This document shows, piece by piece, positions 60,868 through 64,000 of a stretch of DNA of 64,000 nt; the first letter of the stretch is position 1; each line of letters begins with the position of its first letter. The notes under the pieces are model-generated. The model was not told where the DNA came from and ran no database searches. It saw only the letters and a program-made list of their open reading frames with translations. The translations under genes were made by a program, and so were the position numbers. Origin of the DNA: Tubulanus polymorphus (Eukaryota; Animalia; Nemertea); assembly GCF_964204645.1 (NCBI RefSeq), contig NC_134028.1:2852001-2916000 (forward strand), in the 5' to 3' direction.

Positions 60868-63417
60868 ATGCCAAAGTCTGGTCGAAATAGTCGTCATGCG
60901 AGCAAATCATCATCCTCGTCGTCGAGTAGCGACAGCGATTCCGATTCATCGGATTCCTCTACGTCGACTTTACCGATGCCAACGCCGCCCGATGGCGGGT
61001 ACGGATGGATCGTCGTTCTAGCAGCGTTCATCGCGAATCTCCTCGCGGACGGCGTCGCGTTCTCGTTCGGGGTTCTACTCGACGAGTTTCTCGATTATTT
61101 CAATGAATCGAAGAGTAAAACTGCGTGGATCGGTTCGTTGTTTCACGGTATTCCGCTCATCTGCGGCCCGATTTCGTGCGCGTTTATAAACAAGTTCGGC
61201 TGTCGTAAAGTCTGCATCGCCGGAGGCTTCGTATCCAGTATCGGGTTTATTTTGAGTTTTTTCTCGCCGAATATTGATTTCTTATGCTTTTCGTTCGGCA
61301 TACTCGCCGGTTTCGGACTGTCGATGGTTTACACGCCAGCCGTAGTCATCGTCGCGTTTTACTTCGAAAAACGGCGAGCATTCGCATCGGGGCTATCGGT
61401 ATCGGGTAGCGGTATCGGCGCCGTCATCTTCGCGCCCTTATGCGAGAAGCTGATCGAATGGTACGGCTGGCGCGGTACGCTATGGATCATCGGCGGTTTG
61501 ATGTTACATTTCATCATCTGCGGCGCGTTGTATCGACCGCTCGAAACGAAACGCGAACGAAAACGTCGTAAGCTGATGCGATCGTTGGATCGGTTGTCAC
61601 GTTTGCGAAACGAGTCGAGCAACAAATCGGAATCGAGCTCCGAAAGTTTAAACGACGGCAGCTATCATAAGAAAAACCACCGGCGACGATTACTACGTCA
61701 ATTCAGCGAACCTCTACATCATTCCCTTATTACATTTCCGACATTCATGAAGGCGTCTGCTCAAAATCATCCGAAACAATCGAAAAGCGATAACGTCATC
61801 GACGACATGACTTCGAATTCCAAGATACCCGACGGTGAAGATTCGCAAAAATTTTCCGTAAAGGCGAATTCGGTATCGTGTATCGACAATCCTGAAACGA
61901 CGGACACTCCTGAATCGACGTTATCCGATCCGGTCGTCATTCTTATAAATGGTGCTAGAAAACCCGAGGATCAGGCGCTTCCTGACAACGATCTGATGAT
62001 TAACTTTGCGAACAGTAACTCGGATACGGCTGGTCAAACCGTCGATGCGCCCGCAATCGATGAAATAAATACGTTAAACGATGCGACAACGTTACACAAT
62101 AATAAATCTAACGGTCACCATCACCATCGAAAGACAAGCGCGACGAAACGAGATGAGAGTCAATTTTTACCGCTGTACCGTCGAGATATATTCTACCGCG
62201 GTAGTTTACTACGATTGTCATCGATACGCGATCAGGTGACCAGTCACAGCTGTCCGAATGTCTACCAAATGCACGACGATGACTCGTCGTCGAGCGATGA
62301 CAGCAGCGACGGTAAACCGTGTCGATGTCACGGGCGAAAACACATCCGAAACGTCATCCGCGAAATGCTCGATATCACCATCTTAAAGAATCCACTCTAC
62401 TTGTTATTGTTCATTTCGAATTTTATTTTGTATATGTGGTTCGATATTGCCTATTTTTTCTTGCCGAACTACGCGACCGAGCTCGGTGTATCGGACCAGC
62501 GAGCCGCGATGGCGATATCGATAACCGGTATCGCTAATATGTTAGGACAGATCTTTTTCGGGGTGATCGGAGATCGTCCGGAGTTGAACACGGCGTATGT
62601 GTATGGTGCTGCTACCGCTGTCTGCGGTGTCGCCTCGTTATTCGTCCCTTTTTGCCGAGAGTTTATTAGTATTTGGGTATATAGTGCAGTATTCGGCTTC
62701 TTCATCGGAGCCAACTATTCTCTTGTCTCCGTGATTATTGTGAAAGCGCTGCTTTCACTGGAAAAACTAACAAATGCTTATGGCATAATAATGTGCGGTC
62801 AGGGTGTTGCAAATCTAATCGGACCTCCTTTGGCTGGTGAGTGACTTCTTATCCCCGATGCTTTAACCCTTTCGGTGTATCTACTCCGCAGTGCGATGTA
62901 TAAATCAGTGATGGACGTTGCTAGTGCACTGCACCGCTGTTTATTGATGTTATCAGTAATTACATTTTATATACCTGGTATATTGAAAATTGGCAGCACC
63001 TGTCAAACATAGCAAATTGTTGGTAAATAATGATACATGGTATTGCTGTTTAGACGCGTATAGCGGTTGCCCGTTATTCAGCACACAGTACTAAAAGGGT
63101 TAATAGATGTCAGGGATGTAACCATTCAATGCACTTTCCTGTAATCATAAACTGTATACTTTGTTTCAATTTCAGGATACCTGTACGACATCACTGGTAA
63201 CTACACGGCTACGTTTGTCTGCGGTGGAGTATGGATATTCATCTCTGGAGTTATGTTGTTCTTGGTTAAACCGATCAAGATGTGTCAGAAATGTTGCGCG
63301 AAATATCGCTCGAAAGAATCTTCATCGACGATGTCGGGCTCGTCGTCCAGGGAAACAAACTTGCAGACGACTTGTGACATCGAGTTAAAATCTGCGAGTC
63401 GCGGAGTGGCTTTATAA
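60868..63417 (+). CDS. Monocarboxylate transporter (SLC16/MCT family, MFS), 736 aa, large central cytoplasmic loop
   Basis: Exon 60868-62836 (G|gtgagt) + exon 63176-63417; PPDGGYGWIVV signature, [33 protein letters not shown]; two hydrophobic helix bundles. Subfamily not assignable by eye. Confidence 0.95.
62867..63099. mobile_element. piggyBac-type MITE in the SLC16 intron
   Basis: TTAA|CCCTTT...AAAGGG|TTAA. Confidence 0.8.
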
Positions 63418-64000
63418 TTTGACCAGCATGCTTTTAGAGAAGCCTCGCATTGCATAGATGTATCCTGGGTGCATTCATTCCCTTCAAAAAGCCGCACAAA
63501 TATCAAATTTATCTTTTGTGTTTCTGTTTGACTTGCCTAGTTCATAACTTGATTATCATTGAATACATATACATGTGTATATTTATGTATTGTCCTCTCC
63601 TAAAGTTCTGTTGCTCAGGATATTAATAGTTGAGTCGTATTTTTCCTGTTGAAAAACTTCAGGAATTGCATGGTTATGTACTACGTGCAAATGTATATCA
63701 TTGCCAAGAGCATGATTTACAGAATAAGAATAGTTGGACACTCTGTAAATACACTGGAAGCATTTAAGTTGAAAAAAAATTTTCTGAAAGTTCTGAATGA
63801 CCTACAATAAATATTACCGGTGTAGATACGGTTAAAGTTAAAAACTTGATGCCAGAGTCATACACTTATAGAAGAGCAAAAAGTGAAACTAATCTTAAGA
63901 CCTAAAATATGGAAGCTTGTTTTTCTTAATGAAATCTCTATCTTTACATCTTATTTCCACCAACAAAATCTGAAAAAGGAAATAATGTCATTTATTTTGT

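Overview
AT-rich, intron-containing animal DNA (invertebrate-like; no prokaryotic features). The right half holds three recognisable genes: POLR3H/RPC8 (+, 7 coding exons, one U12-type intron), polycystin-2/PKD2 (-, about 887 aa) and an SLC16/MCT-type transporter (+) head-to-head with PKD2. The most striking structure is inside PKD2. It has two duplicated 163-nt exons (6a/6b) that cannot be joined in frame. They are flanked by three intronic elements: one central element just after exon 6a can pair either upstream (17 bp, looping out 6a) or downstream (about 29 bp, pulling the 6a donor next to the 6b branch point). This is a candidate competing-RNA-structure switch for mutually exclusive splicing of a TRPP channel. 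PKD2 intron 9 also hosts two tandem, same-strand, fast-diverging small coiled-coil genes. The left half (1-37 kb) is mostly non-coding: a probable Q-rich orphan gene (-) with a 10.7-kb intron, CpG-rich islands, several MITE families, a Penelope-like foldback, a 40-bp minisatellite and microsatellites. All exon models and pairings were derived by eye, with no database searches or folding runs.
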